Positions 1 to 7,771 are shown, counted from the stretch's first letter. The stretch is 36,574 bases of DNA from an uncultured Bifidobacterium sp. (GCA_964555105.1 CAZKRC010000005.1:1-36574); one strand, 5' to 3'. Notes: generated from the letters alone by a model not told the origin. Numbers and translations: made by a program.

Positions 1-177
1 CGTCTGGGCAAGGCGTTCAAGATGGACTACCGCAGGTTTTTGTAGGGGACTCCGCGGCTGATCGGACCGCGATTTCGTATTGCACAAATAGTCAGACTAG
101 ATGTCAAGTACGGTTCCCGATAAGGGGAGCAGGGCAATGGAACGAACGGGGACGCACGCGGATTTGTTTGAGTAGGT

Positions 178-2910
178 TCAAACCCTCGTGAGGAAATCCT
201 CGGCGTTGGTTTCGACCAAGTACCGGGCCGGATTGTCACCTTCGGCCAGCGCCTCGAAGTGGGCTTCTCCGCATTTGAGTTTCGCATTCTCCTCGCCACG
301 TCGTTCTTCCTCGTGCAAGCTTCCTTTGGTTTCGACTACGAAAAACAAGCGTTCAGAACCATCCTTGCTGATGAGGACGGCCCAGTCCGGGAGGTATGGG
401 CCAAGCGGGGTGGGAACTTCGAACCAGCGGGGCAGCTTGGCGAACACCTTGACGGCTTCATTTCGTTCAAGTGATTCGGCAAAGGCCCGTTCGGTTTCTG
501 AATCGTAAATCACATGGTCATACACCGAGCGTTCTGTGGGTATCATGTTCCGCAGGTATCCGACCAGTTCTTTTTCTTCGAACAATTCCTGTGCGTAGTA
601 GTACTCGTCTCCGATTCGCTGGTACTTGATGCCATCTACAAGTGTGAGGCGCTTGCGGCGGAGAATATGGTCCGCAGCGCTCTGGATGAATTCCTGGGGG
701 TTCCTCTGCAGGTCATGCAGGCGACCGCTTTCAGCGAGGATGCGCGCCAGTCCGCGTCGGGTCAATCCCGTCCTGTCTGCGAGCTCAGTCAGTACGTCCG
801 GGACATCGACTACGGGTTCATCAAGAGCGACAGGGGTCGATGTCCCGGTTTCCCGGGAGGAGATGCCGGTATTGTCGATCAGGATGTCGGCTTTCCGCCA
901 TTGAAGGCGTATTCTGCCTATCGGTGGCATCTCGCGGACTGCGCCAATGCAGCTTCGAAGGAGCGTTTCGTCGTCGAACTCGACGCGGTAGGTGGTTCGA
1001 GGTTTGATGCGATCCCAAAGCGCCTTGAACTCTTCCCCGTGCAGGATCGCGCGTCGGGTTTTCACGACGCGTCGCTCATCGGCATCTCGAATCTTCAGGC
1101 GGCCTTCGAATCGTACTCCCGTTTCCTGCTCGATCTCGCGTTGCAGATTCTCGGCGAACTGCTCATAGCTTTCCGATGCGATTACTGTGAGGACGTTCAC
1201 CTCGGGTTCTCGAATACGTTCTCCGTCAGCCCCCACGCACAGCCGAAGACCGCGCCCGATGGTCTGGCGGCGCTCCCGATCGGATCCCATGTCGCGGAGC
1301 ACGCACACCTGGAACACGTTGGGGTTGTCCCAGCCTTCTTTCAGGGCTGAGTGGGAGAAGATGAAGCGCAGCGGAGTGGCCGGGTCAAGAAGGCGTTCCT
1401 TGTCGCGCATGATCAAGGCGTAGGTGTCGTCGTCCGCCTGCGTGTTTCCGCGTGTATCCTTGAAAACTTCGACGGTGCGTCCCGCAGCTTTTTTCCGGTC
1501 GACCGAGAAGTATCCCTTGTGCAAGTCCGAGATCGTATGAGGGGCATCCTGAAGGAGCTCGCGGTAGTCGGGGTGTTTTCTCAGACGCTCGTACTCTTCC
1601 TCGAAAATCATGGCGTACTGCCCCGGCTGGGGGGTTCCGTCTTCATCGAAGCTGCGGTAGCGGTCAACAGTGTCGATGAAGAACAGGCTCAACACCTTGA
1701 TTCCTCGACCCTGCAGCCGTTTTTCCTTATCCAGATGCTCCTTGATGGTGCGTCGGATCATTTCACGCTGAATAGCAAGTGGATCCACGCTGCCGTGAGA
1801 CTCTCCAAGCCCTAAGAATTTGCTGTCACCCGGAAGATTCAGTTCGATGAACTCCTGGCCACGCTTTTTGCTGATCTCACCAATGCTGATTCCACTGTAT
1901 ACGGGGCGACCCGTGATTTGCTCGAGTTTTTCTCCAGACTGAACTGGAATCTCCAGGCGTTTAATGCCGGAAGCGGTATCCACATCGATCTCGACGCGAG
2001 CGGTGACGAGACGAGACGTGCTTTGGATTGACAGCAGTCGCACGTAAGGGCGGTTGTGGTCTCCTGAAAGTGATGCGGAGGCGACCTCGATCTGCTTTAC
2101 GAGCTTGCGCTCGTAGGCATCCACGGCGTTCAGCCGGTAAACCATATGGTGCTTGTCGACATGGGTGGCCGAATAGCGGAGGGCACAGAGTGGGCTCATA
2201 CCCTCAAGGGCGGATTTCCCGGCGCCGCTGAGTCCTCCGTCCACGCTTTGAGGCTCGTCCACGATCAGGATGGGGTGGGTGGCCCGAATGAGGTCGATGG
2301 GAGCCTCATCACCCGTTTTCTCAGTGTCTTTCTTGTAAAGGTTGTTGACGTCCTTCTTGTTGATGGCGCCAACAGTGACGATCATGATGCGAATATGCGG
2401 GCTCGCAGCAAAGTCGCGAAGCTGGCCGAGGCGAGAGGAGTCGTAGAGGAAGAAGTCGCTGGGGACGCCTGAATAAAGGCTTCGGAAGTGTTCCTTTGTC
2501 ATTTGTAGTGACTTGAAAACACCCTCCTTGATGGCGACGGAAGGCACGACGATAACGAACTTGGTGAATCCGTACCGGCGGTTCAGTTCATAGATCGTTC
2601 GCAGGTAGACATAGGTCTTGCCTGTTCCAGTTTCCATTTCCACGGTGAAATCATGAGAAGCCAGAGACGCTGACGTCTCAAGCCCGTTCCGGACCTGAAT
2701 ATCGCGCAGATTTTTGAACAGGAGAGCTTCGGAGATGACCAGCCGGTTTCCCACGCCAAGTTCGGAACCGAACGCGTCGATCTGGCCGTGGTTTTCGATG
2801 CTCGAAACTGTGAATTCCGTTCGCTCGGTTTCCTGGCCGCGGAACAGGTCGCAGACGGCTTCGATTGCCGGGCGCTGGTGATCGAGGTCGGGCTCGAAGC
2901 GGAACTTCAC
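178..2910 (-). CDS. res: Type III restriction enzyme Res subunit (SF2 helicase/ATPase plus C-terminal PD-(D/E)xK nuclease)
   Basis: 910-aa ORF with a GTG start 18 nt after the mod stop. N-terminus MKFRFEPDLDHQRPAIEAV is typical of Res. Helicase motif I EMETGTGKT, motif II ILIVDEPQS, and C-terminal YLPDWAV...FFVVETKG nuclease motif. Confidence 0.9.
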   Translation of the reverse strand: MKFRFEPDLDHQRPAIEAVCDLFRGQETERTEFTVSSIENHGQIDAFGSELGVGNRLVISEALLFKNLRDIQVRNGLETSASLASHDFTVEMETGTGKTYVYLRTIYELNRRYGFTKFVIVVPSVAIKEGVFKSLQMTKEHFRSLYSGVPSDFFLYDSSRLGQLRDFAASPHIRIMIVTVGAINKKDVNNLYKKDTEKTGDEAPIDLIRATHPILIVDEPQSVDGGLSGAGKSALEGMSPLCALRYSATHVDKHHMVYRLNAVDAYERKLVKQIEVASASLSGDHNRPYVRLLSIQSTSRLVTARVEIDVDTASGIKRLEIPVQSGEKLEQITGRPVYSGISIGEISKKRGQEFIELNLPGDSKFLGLGESHGSVDPLAIQREMIRRTIKEHLDKEKRLQGRGIKVLSLFFIDTVDRYRSFDEDGTPQPGQYAMIFEEEYERLRKHPDYRELLQDAPHTISDLHKGYFSVDRKKAAGRTVEVFKDTRGNTQADDDTYALIMRDKERLLDPATPLRFIFSHSALKEGWDNPNVFQVCVLRDMGSDRERRQTIGRGLRLCVGADGERIREPEVNVLTVIASESYEQFAENLQREIEQETGVRFEGRLKIRDADERRVVKTRRAILHGEEFKALWDRIKPRTTYRVEFDDETLLRSCIGAVREMPPIGRIRLQWRKADILIDNTGISSRETGTSTPVALDEPVVDVPDVLTELADRTGLTRRGLARILAESGRLHDLQRNPQEFIQSAADHILRRKRLTLVDGIKYQRIGDEYYYAQELFEEKELVGYLRNMIPTERSVYDHVIYDSETERAFAESLERNEAVKVFAKLPRWFEVPTPLGPYLPDWAVLISKDGSERLFFVVETKGSLHEEERRGEENAKLKCGEAHFEALAEGDNPARYLVETNAEDFLTRV

Positions 2911-2928
2911 GGCTTGTGTTCCGTTCGA

Positions 2929-4845
2929 CTACAGGCTGCGGATCCGCTGCTCGTCGAAGCCGTGCTGGCGTAGAATAGCGGTGAGATTGGCTTTGGAGGC
3001 CTCGTCGGCAAAGGCGTCGTCGCGGAAAACGACGGTACTTTCACTTTTCGGAGCGATTTGCTGCCGCCATTCGGCAATACCGAGCGCGAGCGGTTCAACG
3101 TCCTTGCGGCTGATTGAGGCGGCGAGGCAGGCGAAGAGCGTTCCCTCGCCTGCGTTGCGCACGGTTTTCCCGGTGATGGTTTTTTCTTCGATGGGTGACG
3201 TCAGATCAATGCCGAGGCGCAGGAGTAGTTCAGAGAAAATGTCCGTTTCGCTCCGGTCCGGCTTGATGTGGGTGACATGATCAAGGAGGGATTTTTCCAG
3301 ATTTTCAGGTTTGGAATCCCAAGTGCGGATATTGCTGCTGTCGAGCTTGAACACGCGGAAGCCCGTGTCGCCCTTCCAGTCGGGATTCTCCGCCTTGATC
3401 TTTGCACCCGCGCGCCGGAGGCGCTCTTTCGTCAGTTCTGCGATAGTGTGCGGTTTTCCTATTGAATCACAGAAATCTGCGGCGGCTTTTTGGTCGCTGC
3501 TTTCAATGTCTAGTGGCTCTGGTAACTGCACGACGATATAGCGTCGTGCTCCCTGATCTTTGAAGTTTTTGCTGATAACTGCGTGGCCGAGGGAGCCTGA
3601 GCCCGCAAAGAAATCAAGAATGATATCCTTATTTGATGACGCTACCGAAAGTATTTGTGACAAAAGACGGACAGGCTTCGGAGAGTCGAAGCTGTGAATA
3701 CCGAGTGCTTTAACTTCTTGCCTAGCCTCTTGGTTGTGCCCTACATCGGTATGTTTCCAGATAGTCAACGGTACGATTCCGCTTTTAAGTTCTGACAAAA
3801 AAGTCTTGATGCGGGGGACGTTATTTCCGCTCTTTCCAAACCATATCCGATTGTCGGTTAACAGCTCTTGAACTTTATGCTTTGGCATTGACCAGCAGCG
3901 TCCCTTAGTCGGGAAAATTTCTTTTCCGGAAGGAGTGATTATCGGGTAGTCGTAGGTGGCGCTATATGTGCGCACAGTCATATCCGAAGACGCCCACGGC
4001 CCCCTGGGGTCGTTATCAGGGTTAGAAAATCGCCCCTCGTCACCGGCTCTTCGTTGGATTTTCTGAGGGTTCCATGCCTGCTTCGACTTGGCGTAGATGG
4101 CAATGTAGTCGTGGTTGTCGCTGAACCATTTGGCGTCGTTCTGTGGAGCGAATTTTTTTTCCCAGATGATTGTTGCCACAAAATTTTCATCACCGAATAC
4201 TTCGTCGCAGACCTGACGAAGTCTAGGGTATTCCGTGTCGTCAATACTGATAAATATTGCCCCGTCCTCTTGTAGCAGATCACGTGCAGCTTTCAGGCGT
4301 GGATACATCATGCTCAACCAATTCGTGTGGTATCTACCAGATGTTTCCGTATTCGAAGAAGTAGCCTTCCCGTCCTCAGTCTGCCCGGTCAACTCCTTAT
4401 AGTTCCGGATCCCATCCCTGAAATCATCCGGATACACGAAATCCTTGCCCGTGTTGTACGGCGGATCGATGTAGATGAGTTTCACCTTGCCTGCGTAGCT
4501 CTTCTGCAGCAGCTTCAGAACCTCAAGGTTGTCCCCCTCGATCATCAGGTTCTTCGTCGTATCCCAGTCCACGCTTTCATCCGGTGCCGGGCGTAGCGTC
4601 CCACGTGAGGGAGTCAACGCAAGCTGCCGAGCCTTGCGCTTTCCGAACCAGTTCAGCCCGAACTTTTCATCAGCATCGGTGACAGTCTGGTCGCCCACCA
4701 GCTGTTTCAGGACATCCACATTCACCGAAACGCCCCGCTCACCCTCTGTCACCAGCTCCGGAAACTGGGCCTGCAGCCGTGCAACGTTCGTAGCCTGCCT
4801 TTCGGCCACGCCGCCATCGGAGGGGGAGGGGAAAAGTTTGAGCAT
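2929..4845 (-). CDS. mod: Type III DNA methyltransferase Mod subunit (N6-adenine, beta-class motif order)
   Basis: 638-aa ORF with ATG at 4845. Catalytic motif IV IYIDPPYNTG (aa 124-133) lies N-terminal to SAM motif I DFFAGSGSLGHA (aa 411-422), with about 280 aa between them as the target recognition domain. EGDNLEVLKLLQ box is present. Confidence 0.9.
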   Translation of the reverse strand: MLKLFPSPSDGGVAERQATNVARLQAQFPELVTEGERGVSVNVDVLKQLVGDQTVTDADEKFGLNWFGKRKARQLALTPSRGTLRPAPDESVDWDTTKNLMIEGDNLEVLKLLQKSYAGKVKLIYIDPPYNTGKDFVYPDDFRDGIRNYKELTGQTEDGKATSSNTETSGRYHTNWLSMMYPRLKAARDLLQEDGAIFISIDDTEYPRLRQVCDEVFGDENFVATIIWEKKFAPQNDAKWFSDNHDYIAIYAKSKQAWNPQKIQRRAGDEGRFSNPDNDPRGPWASSDMTVRTYSATYDYPIITPSGKEIFPTKGRCWSMPKHKVQELLTDNRIWFGKSGNNVPRIKTFLSELKSGIVPLTIWKHTDVGHNQEARQEVKALGIHSFDSPKPVRLLSQILSVASSNKDIILDFFAGSGSLGHAVISKNFKDQGARRYIVVQLPEPLDIESSDQKAAADFCDSIGKPHTIAELTKERLRRAGAKIKAENPDWKGDTGFRVFKLDSSNIRTWDSKPENLEKSLLDHVTHIKPDRSETDIFSELLLRLGIDLTSPIEEKTITGKTVRNAGEGTLFACLAASISRKDVEPLALGIAEWRQQIAPKSESTVVFRDDAFADEASKANLTAILRQHGFDEQRIRSL

Positions 4846-4854
4846 CTGGATTAA

Positions 4855-4971
4855 GTTCGCTTTAGCGAACCAACCATGTAGCCAACCCCTCCCGAACCTT
4901 CAAGGCTCGCTATAGCGAACTTAAGGCGCCGTTTTCGCTCCCTGGAACCCTTCAGGTTCGCTTTAGCGAAT
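4855..4971. promoter_or_regulatory. Three phased 16-bp palindromic operator-like sites in the divergent mod / XRE-gene promoter region
   Basis: GTTCGCTTTAGCGAAC at 4855-4870 (perfect 7-2-7 palindrome), GCTCGCTATAGCGAAC at 4905-4920, GTTCGCTTTAGCGAAT at 4956-4971. Centre-to-centre spacing is 50 and 51 bp. Sites 2 and 3 share the 5' flank GAACC(C)TTCA(A)G. Confidence 0.55.
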
Positions 4972-5016
4972 TTCAATCCGCCCAAAACCCCCTAAACTTG
5001 CCCTTAACAGGGGCAC

Positions 5017-5556
5017 ATGATCACTTTACAGGAACTTTTGGGCGCGCGGATCCGGATCTGCATCGAGAAAAACGGTTACCGCACCGTCGAAGAGTTCGCC
5101 TTTGCCTTCAGCATCGGAAAATCCACCCTGAGCGACATCCTCACCGGCAAAAAGAGCCCGACGGTGACCACCCTGGCGCGCTGGGCCAATGCCCTGGGCA
5201 TCCCCCTTGCCGCCTTCTTCGAGGATGAGCGCATCAACACGTGGGTGCGTGAAACCCCGCCCGATTATTTCCAGAATCGGGAAAGACCGTCGGGCGGTCC
5301 CGCCGGAGCGGAGGGGGCGAAGAAGTCACCCCGCTCCCCCCGGGCCCCTCGGGTCCCTAAAGCGCCAAGACGGCTCAGGCCCTCCGAAGGCGCCCTCAAG
5401 GGCCCGGCTTCACCCCCGAAAAAACGGGCCGCTTCCAAAACGGCGAAAGCCACGAAAGCCACGAAAGCCACTAAGGCCGCTAAGGCCACTAAAGCTGCTA
5501 AAGCCGGAAAGACATCCCGGAAAAGAGTCGCGAAGAAAAGCGGTCGCAGGGCCTAG
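5017..5556 (+). CDS. XRE-family helix-turn-helix protein with C-terminal Lys/Ala/Pro-rich histone H1-like tail; candidate R-M controller protein
   Basis: N-terminal 70 aa match the HTH_XRE pattern (LGARIRICIEKNGYRTVEEFAFAFSIGKSTLSDILTGKKSPTVTTLARWANALGIPL). The C-terminal ~100 aa are basic and low-complexity (PRSPRAPRVPKAPRR...AKATKATKATKAAKATKAAKAGK), encoded partly by seven 9-bp repeats at 5443-5505. ATG at 5017. Confidence 0.8.
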   Translation: MITLQELLGARIRICIEKNGYRTVEEFAFAFSIGKSTLSDILTGKKSPTVTTLARWANALGIPLAAFFEDERINTWVRETPPDYFQNRERPSGGPAGAEGAKKSPRSPRAPRVPKAPRRLRPSEGALKGPASPPKKRAASKTAKATKATKATKAAKATKAAKAGKTSRKRVAKKSGRRA

Positions 5557-5592
5557 AAGCGCTTGGAGACGTCTGGAGACGCCCGGTTACAC

Positions 5593-5796
5593 CTAGCCGT
5601 GTTCCTCGTCCGCGCGCGCCACCCGCGGCTTGGACTCGCGCAACTCCTCGAAGAACACCTGAACGAAGACGCGTAGAAACACCGCCACGGTGCGGGCGTA
5701 AAGCGCCGTCAGCCCCGCGAGGCTGAGCAGCACGACCGTCCAGGCCAATGTCCGCGTAAGAGAGCCTTCGGTGCGTGCATGATGCCGGTTGAACAT
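5593..5796 (-). CDS. Small (67 aa) predicted single-pass membrane protein, unknown function
   Basis: Internal ATG at 5796 of track ORF 5593..6012, preceded by GGGAGGAG 4 nt upstream. Product MFNRHHARTEGSLTRTLAWTVVLLSLAGLTALYARTVAVFLRVFVQVFFEELRESKPRVARADEEHG has one clear hydrophobic helix. The upstream part of the track ORF is not protein-like. Confidence 0.45.
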   Translation of the reverse strand: MFNRHHARTEGSLTRTLAWTVVLLSLAGLTALYARTVAVFLRVFVQVFFEELRESKPRVARADEEHG

Positions 5797-6005
5797 GTCT
5801 CCTCCCGTTCGGGAACGACCCCTGACAGCAATGTACAGGGTTGCGGGCGGAGGACAAGCGGTCACCGGGTCCGAAAGTTTCGCAGGCACCCGAATTCCGT
5901 TGGGACGCTCCGTTTGGACATTCCGTTTGGTCAAGGGGGGCTTCCTCCGGCTATATTCCTTGTTGTACGTCAAGCACCACGCAACCCCAACGAAAAGGAC
6001 AACAA

Positions 6006-6506
6006 ATGGCAACAGTGACCCTCAAAGGCAACGCGTTTCAAACCGCGGGCGAACTGCCCTCCGTCGGCTCCAGCGCTCCCGACTTCAAGCTGACCAAGTC
6101 CGATCTCAGCGACGTTTCGCTCAAGGATTTCGCGGGAAAGAAAGTGATCCTCAATATTTTCCCCAGCATCGACACGGGAACCTGTGCCACCTCGGTAAGG
6201 GCCTTCAACAAGGAGGCCAGCGAGCTTCCGGGCGTGGTCGTGGTCGGCGTCTCCAAGGACCTGCCGTTCGCGCTGGGGCGTTTCTGCGGCGCCGAAGGCA
6301 TCGACAAGGTCGTCACCACGTCGGCCCTGCGCGATGATTCCTTCGCGCGCGGCTACGGCGTGACCTTTACGGACGGTCCGCTGGCGGGCGTGTTCTCGCG
6401 CGCGATCGTGGTGATCAACGAGGACGGCAAGGTGGTTCACACCGAGCAGGTCGCCGAGACCGCCAACGAACCCGACTACGCGAAGGCGATCGCCGCGGTG
6501 AAGTAG
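6006..6506 (+). CDS. tpx: Thiol peroxidase (atypical 2-Cys peroxiredoxin Tpx)
   Basis: MATVTLKGNAFQTAGELPSVGSSAPDFKL..., peroxidatic Cys in FPSIDTGTCATS, resolving Cys in GRFCGAEG, about 166 aa. AAGGA sits 8 nt upstream of the ATG at 6006. The track ORF start at 5841 is an unlikely extension. Confidence 0.9.
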   Translation: MATVTLKGNAFQTAGELPSVGSSAPDFKLTKSDLSDVSLKDFAGKKVILNIFPSIDTGTCATSVRAFNKEASELPGVVVVGVSKDLPFALGRFCGAEGIDKVVTTSALRDDSFARGYGVTFTDGPLAGVFSRAIVVINEDGKVVHTEQVAETANEPDYAKAIAAVK

Positions 6507-6600
6507 GCTGGTGCCGCAACGACGTCGGCCGGAGCGGACAGCGTTCCGGCGACCGCGTTGCGGCCGTGTCGGCCGCATGGGCCGTGCTGGCTGTTGGTTT

Positions 6601-6638
6601 GCCGGGGTCTTCCGCGCGCGCGGGGCCCCGGCTTTTTT
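6601..6638 (+). terminator. GC-rich hairpin plus T6, likely intrinsic terminator of tpx
   Basis: GCCGGGG (6601-6607) pairs with CCCCGGC (6626-6632) around a CG-rich loop, followed by TTTTTT at 6633-6638. Confidence 0.5.
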
Positions 6639-6832
6639 CATGTGTCCGTCTTCTTACCCACGGGCATGTTCTTGACGGCCTTGATGCCGAGCTTCAGGAT
6701 GGCCGCAAGCGCCTTGAGGTACAGCAGGAGCAGAGTGAATCCCCCCACCACGAGGAACTTCAGCACGCGCTCGTACAACGGGCGTTCGGGCGTGTGCGAG
6801 TGTGTATGGGAATGCGTGTGTGTACTGGTCAT
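6638..6832 (-). CDS. Small (64 aa) membrane protein with N-terminal alternating His motif (THTHSHTHSHT)
   Basis: ATG at 6832 with GGAG 6 nt upstream (CCAGGAGACGAGCATG). Product MTSTHTHSHTHSHTPERPLYERVLKFLVVGGFTLLLLYLKALAAILKLGIKAVKNMPVGKKTDT has one TM helix and a basic C-terminus. The His tract is encoded by an ACAC/CACA-rich stretch. Confidence 0.55.
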   Translation of the reverse strand: MTSTHTHSHTHSHTPERPLYERVLKFLVVGGFTLLLLYLKALAAILKLGIKAVKNMPVGKKTDT

Positions 6833-7162
6833 GCTCGTCTCCTGGATGAAGGGGGCAAATGTCAGCCGTGCGTTGCGCGACGGGAAGTCCCGTCTTCAAC
6901 CTACACGGATCATGGTGTCCGGGCCGCAATCGTCACGCTCGATTACATACGGTAACACGGAGCCGGGGGAACCGGCGGAACCGGGGGAGCTGGTGGGGGA
7001 GCTTGCCCCGGGCGGAAAGTCGGGGGCAGCCATGACGCCGACGCCGGAGCTCCGCCCGGAGCAAGGGGTGGCACGGTCCGACGGGTGTTTGCTAGAATGC
7101 ATGCGGGAAGACCGCACGCGCGGATTCCGGCGCCCCCGTAATCCTTTTCCCCCGGAGTCTCC

Positions 7163-7771
7163 ATGTCTTCCGCAGTGTCTTCGTCCGCATTCCGGTCCGC
7201 TCTTCCGCCGTCATCTTCCGTTCTGATGCTTCCGGGTTACGGAGGCTCGGGACCGCAGCATTGGCAGACCTTGTGGGAGAAAGAGCATCAGCGCTTTCGT
7301 CGTGTCGAGGCGCGCGACTGGGACCACCCGGTGAGGGGAGAGTGGGTGGGCAACCTGGAGGCTGCCGTGGCTGCCGCGCAGGGTGACGGGCCCGACGTGG
7401 TTCTGGTGGCGCATAGTCTGGCGTGTCTGCAGGTGGCGCATTGGGCGGCCGTGACGCCCTTGACGCATGTGACGACGGTGAAGGGAGCGCTGCTCGTGGC
7501 GCCACCCGACCCCGAGAGCCCCGCGTTCCCGCCCGCCGCGGCGGGCTTCACCCCCCTGCCTCTGTCGCCCCTTCCTTTTCCCTCGATCCTGGTGGCCAGC
7601 ACCGATGACCCGTACGCCTCCACGGCGTTCAGCGAACAGTGCGCGCATGCCTGGGGTTCGCGCCTGGTGTTCATCGGCGCGGCGGGTCACATCAACGCCG
7701 CCAGCGGGGTGGGGGAGTGGGAGGAGGGCAAAGTTCTCTTGGGGGAGCTTTGCCTCTCAATTAAGAGTTAA
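7163..7771 (+). CDS. Alpha/beta serine hydrolase of the YdeN/RBBP9-like family
   Basis: LMLPGYGGSGPQHWQTLWE N-terminal box, nucleophile elbow VLVAHSLACL, then ASTDDPY and GAAGHIN (Ser-Asp-His order), about 200 aa. GGAG sits upstream of the ATG at 7163. Confidence 0.75.
   Translation: MSSAVSSSAFRSALPPSSSVLMLPGYGGSGPQHWQTLWEKEHQRFRRVEARDWDHPVRGEWVGNLEAAVAAAQGDGPDVVLVAHSLACLQVAHWAAVTPLTHVTTVKGALLVAPPDPESPAFPPAAAGFTPLPLSPLPFPSILVASTDDPYASTAFSEQCAHAWGSRLVFIGAAGHINAASGVGEWEEGKVLLGELCLSIKS

Noticed and set aside
1-45. Partial plus-strand reading frame ending ...RLGKAFKMDYRRFL-stop at the left edge.
   Set aside because: Only 14 codons are visible. There is no motif, no start and no way to judge coding potential, so it is not reported as a feature.
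5265-5489. Minus-strand ORF MALAALVAFVAFVAFAVLEAARFF... that looks like a hydrophobic repeat protein.
   Set aside because: It is the antisense reading of the 9-bp Lys/Ala repeat region of the XRE-H1 gene. No RBS or independent support was seen.
7069-7098. Sigma-54-like TGGCAC (7069-7074) ... TTGC (7089-7092) upstream of the hydrolase gene.
   Set aside because: The GG-to-GC distance is 21 nt instead of the canonical 12, so it does not fit the -24/-12 geometry. An extended -10-like TGCTAGAAT (7090-7098) is present, but it is too weak on its own to report as a promoter.
6558-7226. 222-aa plus-strand ORF spanning the tpx-hydrolase gap, plus several ~73-137-aa minus-strand ORFs (6896..7117, 6943..7164, 7092..7505).
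   Set aside because: The translations are Pro/Arg/Gly-rich with no domain signatures or plausible RBS. They overlap the better-supported 64-aa His-rich gene or the hydrolase gene. The 6833-7162 stretch is treated as non-coding.
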